A stretch of 64,000 nucleotides of DNA from Phoronis australis (lineage: Eukaryota; Animalia; Phoronida). The notes beneath the pieces were generated by a model. That model ran no database searches, was not told where the DNA came from, and was given only the letters and a program-made list of their open reading frames with translations. The DNA lies in assembly GCA_002633005.1 (NCBI GenBank), contig NMRA01000702.1:78138-142137 (forward strand), read 5' to 3'. Both the position numbers and the translations under genes were made by a program. Numbering within the stretch: the stretch's first letter is position 1; each line of letters opens with the position of its first letter. Below, piece after piece: positions 63,890 through 64,000 of this stretch.

Positions 63890-64000
63890 CTGCAATATGA
63901 GTTACTTCACTGTTGATGAAGGTAAAGTACGGTACACAAAATTTCAAATTATTACTCTGCACGTGTAAGCGTAGAGTACTGTTGTTCCTGGGTTTTCTTC

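Overview
AT-rich, intron-rich animal (invertebrate) genomic DNA with assembly gaps; the species cannot be determined from the sequence. By reading splice sites I reconstructed four genes. (1) A 6-exon calaxin/EFCAB1 gene on the minus strand (~5134-14496) with one GC-AG intron. (2) A single-exon sushi/CCP-repeat type-I membrane protein on the plus strand (22988-24640). (3,4) Two tandem minus-strand nicotinic-acetylcholine-receptor-alpha-like Cys-loop genes: gene A is complete (9 exons, 442 aa, 34297-50057) and gene B runs off the window end (55281->63889). The main finding is that both receptor paralogs keep most of the ACh-binding aromatic box and the vicinal Cys-Cys, but have remodelled the parts that couple binding to gating. 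They have a C-x15-C loop without FPFD, a 15-17 aa pre-M1 insertion, no canonical M1 proline, an M2-M3 loop about 9 aa shorter, no -1' Glu and Val at 9'; gene A also has Ile for the loop-2 Glu. They may be membrane-anchored AChBP-like or otherwise non-canonical channels. The rest is mobile and repetitive DNA: a gypsy-like 3' LTR end, a 6.86-kb Ginger1-type DNA transposon (TGT..ACA, CCGG TSD) ~100 bp upstream of the probable calaxin start, a decayed SWIM-finger transposon ORF, MITEs, SINE-like elements, a 1.8-kb palindrome and several tandem repeats.
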